64,000 nt of DNA from an uncultured Bacilli bacterium (GTDB taxonomy: Bacteria; Bacillota_I; Bacilli_A; RF39; UBA660). This document shows positions 19,476 to 29,475 of this stretch, piece after piece (position 1 is the first letter of the stretch; each line of letters starts with the position of its first letter). Below the pieces are notes generated by a model. That model did not search any database. It worked only from the letters and a program-made list of their open reading frames with translations, and was not told the origin of the DNA. Both the position numbers and the translations under genes were made by a program. Location of the stretch: contig CAJTYF010000003.1 in assembly GCA_910583945.1 (NCBI GenBank), positions 3,466-67,465 on the forward strand. Direction: 5' to 3'.

Positions 19476-19691
19476 TTATGCAGCTTTGTTATTATTTAAA
19501 CCATATTTACGATTAAATTTTTCAATATTTCCAGTTTTTTTAGCATTCCCTTGTTTTCCTGTATAAAAAGGATGACATTCGCTACATATTTCTACTTCAA
19601 TATTCTCTTTTGTAGATTTAGTTGTAAATGAAGCTCCACAAGCACATTTAATGGTGGTTTCTTTCATTTCTGGATGAATATTCGCTTTCAT
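19476..19691 (-). CDS. rpmE: 50S ribosomal protein L31 (zinc-ribbon type A)
   Basis: [24 protein letters not shown]. Confidence 0.9.
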   Translation of the reverse strand: MKANIHPEMKETTIKCACGASFTTKSTKENIEVEICSECHPFYTGKQGNAKKTGNIEKFNRKYGLNNNKAA

Positions 19692-19964
19692 AATTCGCTC
19701 CTTTCGCCATACCTAATTCCTAGGCATAATCATTTCTTTTTTCTAATGTATTATATCATATTTAAGAAATTTCGCAATACCCTTTATTTTTTACGGCAAA
19801 AAGTCATGGTTTGATAATAAAAGCTTAGAAAAAGATTTAAAACTTTTTGTTATTCAAGAAGATAAACTCTTTAATAAGGTTTAAAAGATGAAAACAAATA
19901 TGCTAATCTCATTACCGAAGACGTTTTAAAACTTGGTAACTGGATTATTCCCTAAATAATATTT

Positions 19965-20858
19965 TTAATTTTTACTATTTTTTATAATATTTATACTTGC
20001 TACTACTCCATCATTAGCGGCTGTTGCTAATTGGTAATATTCTTTTTTTATACAATCTCCTACAGCATAAATCCCATTTATTTTCGTTTCATAATTCTTA
20101 TTTACTTCAATGTATCCTTCTTCATTTAAGATGTCTAAATTACTTAAAAATTCATTATTTGGAATAAATCCAATAAATATAAATAGGGCACTTATAGCAA
20201 TTTCTTTTTCATTATTGATTTCTATTTTACTTAAATTTTTATTTTCTTCAATAAGTTTTGTCACTTGAGACTTATATAAAATTTCAATGTTTGATTTTTT
20301 ATTTATTTTATCAATCAGTGCGGGTTCTGCTCTAAAAGTATCTCGGCGATGAATTAAATAAATTTTACTTGCTAAGTTTGATAAATAAAGGGTTTCTTCT
20401 AAAGCGGTATTTCCTCCACCAACGACAGCAATGATCTTATCTTTATAAAGATTCCCATCACAAAGAGCACAGGTGCTAATTCCATGTCCTAATAGTTTTA
20501 ATTCATTCTCTAAATTTAAGAGACGATTTTTCCTTCCCGTAGCAATAATAATATTTTTAGTTCTATATTCTTCTTTTTCGGTTTTTATGATTTTTATTTC
20601 CTTTTCTAAAGTAATTTGTATAACTTTATCGATTTTATAAGGAATGTTTAACTCTTGGATGCTTTCAAATAAATTATAGGATAAATCTGGTCCTGTTATT
20701 TTTTTGAATCCAGGATAATTATTGATTTCATTAATTCTGTTTAGTAATCCTCCTGGTGCGTTTTCTTCTATTATTAAAACGTTTAAATTACTATTTTTGG
20801 CATAGATGGCGGCGGAGATACCAGAAATACCCATACCAATAATTATGACATCATACAT
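19965..20858 (-). CDS. trxB: Thioredoxin reductase
   Basis: FAD GxGxxG motif (IIGMGISG), the redox-active CALCDG, and an NADPH motif. Confidence 0.85.
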   Translation of the reverse strand: MYDVIIIGMGISGISAAIYAKNSNLNVLIIEENAPGGLLNRINEINNYPGFKKITGPDLSYNLFESIQELNIPYKIDKVIQITLEKEIKIIKTEKEEYRTKNIIIATGRKNRLLNLENELKLLGHGISTCALCDGNLYKDKIIAVVGGGNTALEETLYLSNLASKIYLIHRRDTFRAEPALIDKINKKSNIEILYKSQVTKLIEENKNLSKIEINNEKEIAISALFIFIGFIPNNEFLSNLDILNEEGYIEVNKNYETKINGIYAVGDCIKKEYYQLATAANDGVVASINIIKNSKN

Positions 20859-20869
20859 TTTATCACCTA

Positions 20870-21682
20870 CTAAAATAGTATATCGTTTCCGTTCGATTCG
20901 GTGTATAAGTCTTCAAATTTACTTTTACGAGTTAAAATCATTAATGCTAATAAGCCAATAATAAATAAGCCTACTGATACTAATTGAGCAACTTTAAATC
21001 CACCGAGCATTAAGGAATCCGTTCTAAGTGCTTCGATAAAGAATCTTCCAACACTATACCACATGAGATAGACACATGTAAGTTCTCCAACTTTTAAGTA
21101 TTTATAATGTTTAACAATTAAAAGGATGATTACCCCTAGTAAACACCATAAGGACTCATAAAAAAAGGTAGGATGGTAATAAACACCATTTATTCTCATT
21201 CCTTCTATGACAAAATCGGGGATGTGTTTACTTTGAAGCTCTATTAAAGTTGTTGCACTTCCATGCGCTTCACTGTTAAAAAAATTGCCCCATCTACCTA
21301 TTGCTTGGCCAAGCATTAAAGGTATTGTTATCATATCTGTAATTTTAAGGGTTCGAGCGTTGTATTTTTTGCAATAAAGAACTAAAGTTATGCAACCACC
21401 TAAAAGACCACCATGAATAGCTAAGCCACCTTCCCAAACTTTAAAAATGCTTAGTGGGTCATTTAAGTAATGTTTATAATTAAAGATGACATAATAAAGT
21501 CTTGCACAGATAAAACCAACGACTATTACCCAAAACGCTAAGTTAAATAAAAAGTCTTTGGAGTATTTGTATTTTTTTCCTTCATGAATTAAAAGAAATA
21601 TTCCTCCTCCAATGACTAATAATAATAAAAAGGAATACCATCTTATTTCGAGCCCAAAAACATTAAACATAATTGGATCCAT
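20870..21682 (-). CDS. lgt: Prolipoprotein diacylglyceryl transferase
   Basis: Polytopic, with the Lgt signature GRWGNFFNSEAHG. Confidence 0.85.
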   Translation of the reverse strand: MDPIMFNVFGLEIRWYSFLLLLVIGGGIFLLIHEGKKYKYSKDFLFNLAFWVIVVGFICARLYYVIFNYKHYLNDPLSIFKVWEGGLAIHGGLLGGCITLVLYCKKYNARTLKITDMITIPLMLGQAIGRWGNFFNSEAHGSATTLIELQSKHIPDFVIEGMRINGVYYHPTFFYESLWCLLGVIILLIVKHYKYLKVGELTCVYLMWYSVGRFFIEALRTDSLMLGGFKVAQLVSVGLFIIGLLALMILTRKSKFEDLYTESNGNDILF

Positions 21683-21735
21683 AAAATCATCTACTTTCTT
21701 TATTTATTATAGCAAAATCTTTTAAGGGTTTAAAG

Positions 21736-24573
21736 TCAATCTAAATATTTTTTTAAATACTTGCCTGTGTAAGACTCTTTTATTTTTACAATTTCTTCAG
21801 GTGTGCCTTTACCTATGATTTCTCCTCCACCATCGCCACCTTCTGGCCCTAAATCAATGATATAATCCGCAACTTTTATGACATCTAAATTATGTTCAAT
21901 AACTAAAACTGTGTCTCCATTATCAACAATTCGATTTAAAATTGATAGTAATTTTTTTATGTCTTCGGAATGTAAACCTGTTGTAGGTTCATCTAAGATA
22001 AATAGACTTTTTTCTGTTGGCTTTTTTTGAAGTTCTTTGGCTAATTTTACTCGACCAGCCTCCCCTCCAGATAACGTAGGTGCTCCAGCTCCTAATTCAA
22101 CATAGGAAAGGCCTACATCCATCATAATGTCTAATTTACTTTTAATTTTAGGTACATTTTCGAATACTTCTAAAGCTTCTTCCACACGTAATTTTAAAAT
22201 TTCAGCAATATTTTTGCCTTTAAATTTGATGTTTAAAGTATCTTTATTGTAACGTGTTCCTTTACAGACATCGCATGGAACATAAACATCTGGTAGGAAA
22301 TGCATTTCTATTTTTTTGACGCCATCTCCATAACAAGCTTCACATCGTCCTCCTTTTACGTTAAAGGAAAATCTTGATTTGTCAAAACCACGCATTTTAG
22401 ATTCTTTCATTTCCGCAAAAAGATTTCTGATGTCATCAAAAACACCAACATACGTTGCGGGATTACTTCTTGGTGTTCTACCTATTGGATCTTGAGAAAT
22501 AGCTACCACTTTATCAATATTGGTTAATCCTTTTATTTTTTTATATTTTCCAGGTATGGTTTTTGATTTAGGATAAATATTTTTAAAGACAGCTTTATGA
22601 ACGATTTCATTCACTAAGCTACTTTTTCCAGAGCCTGAAACCCCTGTGACACAAACAAATTTACCTAGAGGTATTTTAACGTCTACATTTTTTAAATTGT
22701 GTTCTTCTGCACCAAAAATTTCTAAGTATTTTCCATTGCCTTTTCTTCTACTTTTTGGCACTTCAATTTTTTCTTTACCTGATAAGTATCTTCCTGTTAA
22801 CGATTTTTCATTTTGCATGACTTCTTTTGGCGTTCCAAAAGCGACCACTTCTCCACCATTTCTTCCCGCTCCTGGGCCTATATCAACTAGAAAATCAGAA
22901 GCGAGCATGGTATCGGTATCGTGTTCAACGACTATTAAAGTGTTTCCTAAACTCACCATTTCTTTTAAGGATTGAATTAATTTGTCATTATCTCTTTGAT
23001 GTAAACCAATGCTTGGTTCATCTAAAACGTATAAAACCCCACTTAGCTTACTACCTATTTGTGTTGCTAAACGAATTCTTTGAAGTTCTCCACCAGAAAG
23101 GGTTCCAGCCATACGATCAAGGGTAATATAGTCTAGCCCTACATTTTTTAGAAATTGTAAACGATTGATAATTTCTTTTATAATAAGACGACTGATTTCT
23201 TTTTCTTCTTTATTTAATTTTAAGTTTTCAATAAATTCTAATAAATGACCAATGCTCATTTGTGTCATTTCGTAAATATTTTTCTTGTTCACCAATACAT
23301 TTAAAACGTTTTCTTTTAATCGTGCACCATGGCATAGAGGGCATTCCATTTCCATCATATAGCCATCTAACCATTCACGAATCCAATTGGAAGAGGTTTC
23401 AATGTATCTTCTTTCTAGATTTTTAATAATGCCTTCATAGTATCCTGTCGTAAATCTCTTGTTTCCGTTTTTTGCGGTGTATTCAAAGTTTAATTCATCA
23501 GGACTCCCATATAAAACAATATCACGTTCTTTTTTGGTTAGTTTTTTAAAGGGCTTATTCATATCAATGTGGTAATAATCACATGCGGTTTTAACGTCTT
23601 GATAAAAGATGTTTTGGTCATCACTCATGGTTGCAATGGCCCCTTCGTTAATTGATTTTGTATTATCAGGGACTAATAAATCAATCGATATAGCGGTTTT
23701 AAATCCTAATCCTTTACATTCAGGACATGCTCCAAATGGGGCATTAAAGGAAAACATATTCGGTTCTAAATCTGGTAGAGAATAATTACATTTTATACAA
23801 GCGAATTTTTCACTCCATAACATTTCTTCCCCATCTATAACATGAATAAGTACCATACCATCTGCTAATTTTGTTGAATTTTCAATGGCTTCAAAAATAC
23901 GGGTTCTTTCTTCTTCCTTTACAACAATACGGTCGACAATTACTTCAATTTCGTCTTTGACGTTTTTTTCTAAGGAAATTTCTTCGTCTAATGAACGCAT
24001 TTCACCATTAATGCGTACACGTGTAAACCCATCTTTTCTTAAATCATCTAATATACCTTGATGCGTTCCTTTTTCATTACGAACCACTGGGGCTAAGATT
24101 TCTATTTTTGTTCCAACCTCCATGTTCATCACTTTATTGGTCATTTCTTCTATACTCTGATGAACAATTGGTTCATGGTGAGTTGGACAATAAGGGATTC
24201 CTATTCTAGCATACAACAATTTTAAGTAATCGTAAATTTCAGTTACGGTTCCTACAGTACTTCGAGGGTTGTTGTTGGTTGTTTTTTGATCGATTGCAAT
24301 ACTAGGGCTTAAACCATCGATGGAATCAACATCCGGTTTTTCACTTCCACCTAAAAATTGACGGGCATAAGACGATAGGCTTTCTACAAATCTTCTTTGG
24401 CCTTCAGCATATATGGTATCAAATGCCAAACTACTTTTTCCAGAGCCTGAAACCCCTGTCATAACGATTAATTGATTTTTAGGTAATTCTAAATCAATGT
24501 TCTTTAAATTATTTTCTCTTGCCCCTCGTATTATAATTTTATCATTTTTCATACTACTCCTTCTTTCGTCCAT
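21736..24573 (-). CDS. uvrA: Excinuclease ABC subunit A
   Basis: 945 aa with two ABC ATPase modules (GVSGSGKSSL twice) and zinc-finger Cys clusters. Confidence 0.95.
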   Translation of the reverse strand: MDERRSSMKNDKIIIRGARENNLKNIDLELPKNQLIVMTGVSGSGKSSLAFDTIYAEGQRRFVESLSSYARQFLGGSEKPDVDSIDGLSPSIAIDQKTTNNNPRSTVGTVTEIYDYLKLLYARIGIPYCPTHHEPIVHQSIEEMTNKVMNMEVGTKIEILAPVVRNEKGTHQGILDDLRKDGFTRVRINGEMRSLDEEISLEKNVKDEIEVIVDRIVVKEEERTRIFEAIENSTKLADGMVLIHVIDGEEMLWSEKFACIKCNYSLPDLEPNMFSFNAPFGACPECKGLGFKTAISIDLLVPDNTKSINEGAIATMSDDQNIFYQDVKTACDYYHIDMNKPFKKLTKKERDIVLYGSPDELNFEYTAKNGNKRFTTGYYEGIIKNLERRYIETSSNWIREWLDGYMMEMECPLCHGARLKENVLNVLVNKKNIYEMTQMSIGHLLEFIENLKLNKEEKEISRLIIKEIINRLQFLKNVGLDYITLDRMAGTLSGGELQRIRLATQIGSKLSGVLYVLDEPSIGLHQRDNDKLIQSLKEMVSLGNTLIVVEHDTDTMLASDFLVDIGPGAGRNGGEVVAFGTPKEVMQNEKSLTGRYLSGKEKIEVPKSRRKGNGKYLEIFGAEEHNLKNVDVKIPLGKFVCVTGVSGSGKSSLVNEIVHKAVFKNIYPKSKTIPGKYKKIKGLTNIDKVVAISQDPIGRTPRSNPATYVGVFDDIRNLFAEMKESKMRGFDKSRFSFNVKGGRCEACYGDGVKKIEMHFLPDVYVPCDVCKGTRYNKDTLNIKFKGKNIAEILKLRVEEALEVFENVPKIKSKLDIMMDVGLSYVELGAGAPTLSGGEAGRVKLAKELQKKPTEKSLFILDEPTTGLHSEDIKKLLSILNRIVDNGDTVLVIEHNLDVIKVADYIIDLGPEGGDGGGEIIGKGTPEEIVKIKESYTGKYLKKYLD

Positions 24574-24771
24574 TCTAAAGTCAAGGTATTTCTGTTAGCA
24601 AAAATAGTATAGCATATATTTGTTCGATTACCAAGATAAAAATATTAAATTTTTTTACCCCCTTAAATGATTATTTACCAGTAATATTTTCTATATGTTT
24701 CATTACTTTTTTATTTTTGTACCATTATCTTATCATTGAAGCTTTATTTTGTTTTTGTAAATTTACATAAA

Positions 24772-25518
24772 TTAAATCCTTTTTTGAATTTTAGATGTTA
24801 AGTACATGGAAAGTTTTAAAGGAATAAAGCGATTTAGAAAGAGCCCTAACTTTACACTCCATCCTGGTACAATAACTAATTTATTCTGAAACATTTTATC
24901 TATACCATATTTTGCAACTTCGTTACTGGGCATTTCTTTTATTTTAAATGTTCCATGAGCAACTTTATTAAATTCGGTGGCAACAGGTCCCGGACATAAT
25001 GCACTGATATGAACTTTACTTTTCATACTTTTTAATTCTTCATCTATGGCTAGTGTTAATTTGGTGATATAGTTTTTGGTGGCATAATAGGTACTTAAGT
25101 TGGGTCCAATTAAAAATCCCGCGCTTGAACAGACATTTAATATATAGCCACTATTTCTTTTTACAAAATCAACAAGAAAGAGTTTTGTTAAAATATGATA
25201 TGTTTTTATGTTTAAATCAATCATTTCTAGTTCTCGTTTTAAATCCGTTTTATAAAATTTTCCAAATAATCCAAAACCAGCGTTATTTATTAGAACATCT
25301 ATGTTTTCATTTTGTAATTTTTGATAAAGCTTAAAAACATTATTTTCTTTGGTTAAATCTAGAATAATAATGTTTACTTTTGTGTGTACTTTGTTTTTTA
25401 TTTCTTCTAGTTTTTCTTTTCTTCTTGCTACCAAATATAAATCATAGCCAAGACTTGCAAGATAATAGGCCATATCCCTTCCAATGCCGCTGCTCGCACC
25501 CGTTATTAAAGCTCTCAT
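24772..25518 (-). CDS. Short-chain dehydrogenase/reductase (SDR) family oxidoreductase
   Basis: TGASSGIGR cofactor motif, NNAG, and the YxxxK catalytic motif. Confidence 0.8.
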   Translation of the reverse strand: MRALITGASSGIGRDMAYYLASLGYDLYLVARRKEKLEEIKNKVHTKVNIIILDLTKENNVFKLYQKLQNENIDVLINNAGFGLFGKFYKTDLKRELEMIDLNIKTYHILTKLFLVDFVKRNSGYILNVCSSAGFLIGPNLSTYYATKNYITKLTLAIDEELKSMKSKVHISALCPGPVATEFNKVAHGTFKIKEMPSNEVAKYGIDKMFQNKLVIVPGWSVKLGLFLNRFIPLKLSMYLTSKIQKRI

Positions 25519-25733
25519 ATTCTCACCTAAATTTAGTATTCTTATAAACGAAAGGTTTATACTTATTGTACTACTATTTTAAAAATTTTTTCATTATTAT
25601 ATGATATTGGCTTTATTATTTTTTTATTTGTTGGCTAACAAAAAACGCTATCCAAAATAATGGTATAGCGTATTTAAAAAGCATTGTAAGTGTTTCTAAC
25701 CACTTAACTTATTTTATTACTTTATTATTGAAT

Positions 25734-26282
25734 TTAACGAATGGATACAATGCTACATTTGCCTTTTAAACTATCAGAAAAAGTAGCTCTAAAAGTTTGA
25801 CCATCTTTAACCCAAATATACATTTTAGAGGTAGAAGATTTAGATTCTAAGTGGCCCTCAACTCCTTCAAATTTCTCAACCATTTCTTCATAAGTATACG
25901 TTTTTTTCTTAATATCATTTACTATTTCATAACCTATTGACATTTTAAGTTCATTACTATTTATTTTATCTTTGTCATAAGTTGCCTTGATTGATCCTAA
26001 ATTATCCTTATATTCTACTTCAATTTTTGTTTTTGTTGTTAATTGCCAAATATAAGAATCCGAATCTGCTTTTTTCTCTCCTTCAAAGCCAATAATTTGA
26101 TTGACTTCTTCCACTTTCATTTTTGGTTCAATTTGATTAATACATTCTTCTACAGTACAATTTCCTTTTACTTCTTCCTCCTTTTTTTCTTGTAATTCAG
26201 TTGGTTTATTACCACAACCTACCATCACTCCTAGTATAATTATTCCAAGACATAAATAATGTCCTATTTTTTTTAATTTCAT
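25734..26282 (-). CDS. Putative lipoprotein
   Basis: Signal peptide followed by a lipobox Cys (LGVMVGCGN). Confidence 0.5.
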   Translation of the reverse strand: MKLKKIGHYLCLGIIILGVMVGCGNKPTELQEKKEEEVKGNCTVEECINQIEPKMKVEEVNQIIGFEGEKKADSDSYIWQLTTKTKIEVEYKDNLGSIKATYDKDKINSNELKMSIGYEIVNDIKKKTYTYEEMVEKFEGVEGHLESKSSTSKMYIWVKDGQTFRATFSDSLKGKCSIVSIR

Positions 26283-26298
26283 GATTTTAATTTCCTTT

Positions 26299-26643
26299 CT
26301 AATTTTCTAATATATAATTAATCATTTCCTTGCTTTTAATAAAGAACGTTTCTTCATATTTTTCTTGGTCTCTTACAGGAAGAAAAATAGATAGTTTTAC
26401 CATTTGATTGCCACAGTTGGGACAACGATAGAGGTAGGCTCCACAAGCATAAAATCCTGGTGGAATCTCTGCTTTTTTGTTAATTTTTGTTAAATTTTTA
26501 ATATAGTAGGACGCATCACTATGTGATTCATAATGACCCACCATTAAGGGTAAGCTATAAAGTTGTTTTTTTAAAACTTCCATTTTTTCATAACAGTCGG
26601 GACACCAGTCATCGTGAAATGTTGCTCGAAATTTTTTAAACAT
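26299..26643 (-). CDS. Hypothetical zinc-ribbon protein
   Basis: Two CPxC pairs (CPDC...CPNC). Confidence 0.4.
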   Translation of the reverse strand: MFKKFRATFHDDWCPDCYEKMEVLKKQLYSLPLMVGHYESHSDASYYIKNLTKINKKAEIPPGFYACGAYLYRCPNCGNQMVKLSIFLPVRDQEKYEETFFIKSKEMINYILEN

Positions 26644-26645
26644 TC

Positions 26646-27284
26646 TTATTTCGCCTTTTTTCGTGCTTTTTCAATTGTTTGAACCATCATGTCCGCTTTG
26701 GAAATACCTGTTAAAATATAATTATCGTTCATACGAAAACGTTGATTAGAAGTAAAAGTATCTACTCTTATTTTTATTCCATCTACAAGCATTAAAAAAC
26801 TTACACGACTACTTCCTTCTAAGAACCCTGAACCACTTTTACCATCGTCTACCCATGCCTTTTCTACTTTCGATGCGGAGAATTCATATGTCTTAAATGG
26901 ATTCCAATAGAATATTAAACCAATTTTACCTTGTTCTACATCAATCATCACGACTTTGCCTCTTCCATAAAAAGTATGATTTCGATTAAATCCTGATTCT
27001 TCTAAGGTATGCTCAAATTCTTTTGTTTTACGTTTGAAAATAAAACTTCCTCCAAATATCCACCAAATTATTGATAAAAAGCTTGGGCCCATAATAAGTA
27101 TTACTGCCCCATTTCCTTTTGGAAAAAAGAAGGCACTTATTGTAAAACAAATAGCACATATGATGATCGGAATAAATATAGTCCTAATAAATAGATGATG
27201 TTTATTTTTTGAATTTTTGTTTCTTGCATTTTTTAAACTTCCTTTCTTAATCCCATTCTGCTTCTTTTTTATTTTTTGGAGCAA
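26646..27284 (-). CDS. Hypothetical membrane protein
   Basis: Basic N-terminus, two TM helices and a soluble C-domain; forms an operon with its neighbours. Confidence 0.4.
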   Translation of the reverse strand: MLQKIKKKQNGIKKGSLKNARNKNSKNKHHLFIRTIFIPIIICAICFTISAFFFPKGNGAVILIMGPSFLSIIWWIFGGSFIFKRKTKEFEHTLEESGFNRNHTFYGRGKVVMIDVEQGKIGLIFYWNPFKTYEFSASKVEKAWVDDGKSGSGFLEGSSRVSFLMLVDGIKIRVDTFTSNQRFRMNDNYILTGISKADMMVQTIEKARKKAK

Positions 27285-27912
27285 AGAAGTACGGGAAAAT
27301 TCCTAATTTAGATCCTATGGTATGAAAAATAGGAAAGGTGAAGAAAATGGTTAAAAGTTGAACGAATATTACTTTCGTATCTACAAATGATTCTTCACTT
27401 TGAATTTCAGCTCCACCCACCATATCGATATAAAAATCTTTTCGATCTAGCGGTTCTTTATATTCGATCTGATTTATAAAATAGGTATCTTGACTTAGAT
27501 CATCATAAATCAAGTGTCCAACGGGTAGAATATTGTCGCCAGAATAAATTGAGTCGCCTTTTTGGATAACTGAATCTGAATTAATTCGAGCTGCCACTTT
27601 TTCACCAGATGGTAAAGTTAAAGCGTACAAATACATTCCGTTATGATAGCCTGCTCCTTTGTTTCTATATTCAATACCAGGAGAAACGACTGTAAACGTC
27701 TCATGACTAAGTATATCTTCAATGTTTTGAGCTCGGAATATTTCATCTCCAGCGATTCCACCAATTTCATCTGTTGCTACTTTATGTTCTTCTTTATGTT
27801 CTTCATACTTTTTGTCTAATATCGATTTGGCTATTTTTTCAGTCCCAAGACTTATTAAAAAACTTAAAAGTAGACACAACCATAAATCAAATCTTAACGA
27901 TTGACGCCGCAT
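27247..27912 (-). CDS. Hypothetical membrane protein
   Basis: N-terminal TM/signal and a C-terminal TM; no recognisable family. Confidence 0.4.
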   Translation of the reverse strand: MRRQSLRFDLWLCLLLSFLISLGTEKIAKSILDKKYEEHKEEHKVATDEIGGIAGDEIFRAQNIEDILSHETFTVVSPGIEYRNKGAGYHNGMYLYALTLPSGEKVAARINSDSVIQKGDSIYSGDNILPVGHLIYDDLSQDTYFINQIEYKEPLDRKDFYIDMVGGAEIQSEESFVDTKVIFVQLLTIFFTFPIFHTIGSKLGIFPYFFAPKNKKEAEWD

Positions 27913-28009
27913 ATAAACGCCTCTTTCTTCAGAATAATTTTATTATACTCTTTGATAAATAACACGTCAATTCATTTTTAAAAAAACTAATTATCTCTTT
28001 TTCATAATA

Positions 28010-28030
28010 AAAAGCTCTTTTCGAGCTTTT
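28010..28030 (-). terminator. Terminator hairpin after the zinc-metallopeptidase gene
   Basis: AAAAGCTC-tttt-GAGCTTTT with a flanking T-run on the minus strand. Confidence 0.5.
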
Positions 28031-28035
28031 AAAAA

Positions 28036-28707
28036 TTAATTGTCGTCGTGGTTGCCAAATAAGAGAAAAAGTCTAACCAGTTCAAGTGCACTTGTCAAAA
28101 CACCTGCTAAATAAGTTGAAGCCGCCGCGGTAAGCATTTTCGAAACACCTATGTTTTCGGCTTCCGTTGCTAATCCTAATTTTTGAATTTCTTTTTTGGC
28201 TCTTTTACTTGCATCGATTTCAACGGGTAAGGTTACAAGTTGAAAAATTAATCCCGTTCCTACACAAAGAATTCCCATCCAAATTAAGTTTAATGATTCA
28301 AAAATCAAACCTAAAAAGATTATAAAATAAGAAAGAGAGGTTGCAATATTTACAATTGGGAAAATAAGGGCACGTAATCGCATGTATAAATAATTTTCTT
28401 TATCTTGAATGGCATGACCACATTCATGAGCGGCGATTGCGGTTGAGGCAATGGTCTTCCCATGGTAGACGCTATTAGAAAGTCTTACTACTTTTCTTTT
28501 TGGATCATAATGATCAGTAAGATTGCCTTTGGTTTCTACTATATAAATTTCTTTTAAACCGTGCTCATCTAATATCTTTCGAGCGATTTCAAATCCACTT
28601 AATTCGCTTACATTTTCTATATTTTTGTATTTACTATAATTACTTGTTACTAAAACCTGTGCTATAGCGGGTAAAAATAACATAAGTAGTAAAATAATTA
28701 AATCCAT
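28036..28707 (-). CDS. YugP-family putative zinc metallopeptidase (Zn_peptidase_2)
   Basis: HECGHAIQ zinc-binding motif, TM segments, and a length typical of YugP. Confidence 0.8.
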   Translation of the reverse strand: MDLIILLLMLFLPAIAQVLVTSNYSKYKNIENVSELSGFEIARKILDEHGLKEIYIVETKGNLTDHYDPKRKVVRLSNSVYHGKTIASTAIAAHECGHAIQDKENYLYMRLRALIFPIVNIATSLSYFIIFLGLIFESLNLIWMGILCVGTGLIFQLVTLPVEIDASKRAKKEIQKLGLATEAENIGVSKMLTAAASTYLAGVLTSALELVRLFLLFGNHDDN

Positions 28708-28721
28708 TTTTTATCACATCC

Positions 28722-29210
28722 TCATTTTAAATTCCTATAATCAGGCATTTCTAAATCTTCATCTATAATCATTTTATAATCATTTTGGTGATTCCAAGAA
28801 AATTTTAAAAGATCCCAATATGTGTTTAAATTATTAAAATAGTTAGGTTTAGAATTTAAAAAATTTATTAAGTTTTCTTTTTGGCTATCGTTTAAAATAT
28901 CTTCATTTTTAGTATGATGATAATATTTGGCTTGATCGAATTGTATGCAAGTATGAAAACTTATTTTCTTATCTTTTTCTTTTTTTCGATAATGAAAATG
29001 AGGGCTATCACTTAACCTATAATCATCTGTAACAATAAATACTTCGTAACCCTCTTCAGTAAAACCAATTCTATCTATTCCCTCACTATCAAAATCTTTA
29101 TTTAATTCATTTAAAACCCAATCATAATTAAACCAATTATCGTACTTATATTTATCTTCACATTTGTTATTATTAGGACTTTCACTGGGTATAATATCTA
29201 TTTTTACCAT
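28722..29210 (-). CDS. Hypothetical protein
   Basis: 162-aa ORF, Trp/Tyr/His-rich; no family recognised. Confidence 0.35.
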   Translation of the reverse strand: MVKIDIIPSESPNNNKCEDKYKYDNWFNYDWVLNELNKDFDSEGIDRIGFTEEGYEVFIVTDDYRLSDSPHFHYRKKEKDKKISFHTCIQFDQAKYYHHTKNEDILNDSQKENLINFLNSKPNYFNNLNTYWDLLKFSWNHQNDYKMIIDEDLEMPDYRNLK

Positions 29211-29475
29211 ATCTTAGTCACTTCCAAATAATTTTTTTACATTTTTTATTAAATTCAACTTGATCATCATTTCCTAGAAGATTTATGACATTACCACTTA
29301 CACTACGACTATGTCTATATTTTCTGATGAAACAGCTAAAGTAGGTTCACTATCTTTATGAAAAGGGCATTTATCAAAATAATTTTTTCTATTTTTAACT
29401 ATTAGAAAAATAATTATCATTAAATCACTCTTTTTTTGTTTTCATCTTTTTTATCTTAACACTTTTATGTGAAGT

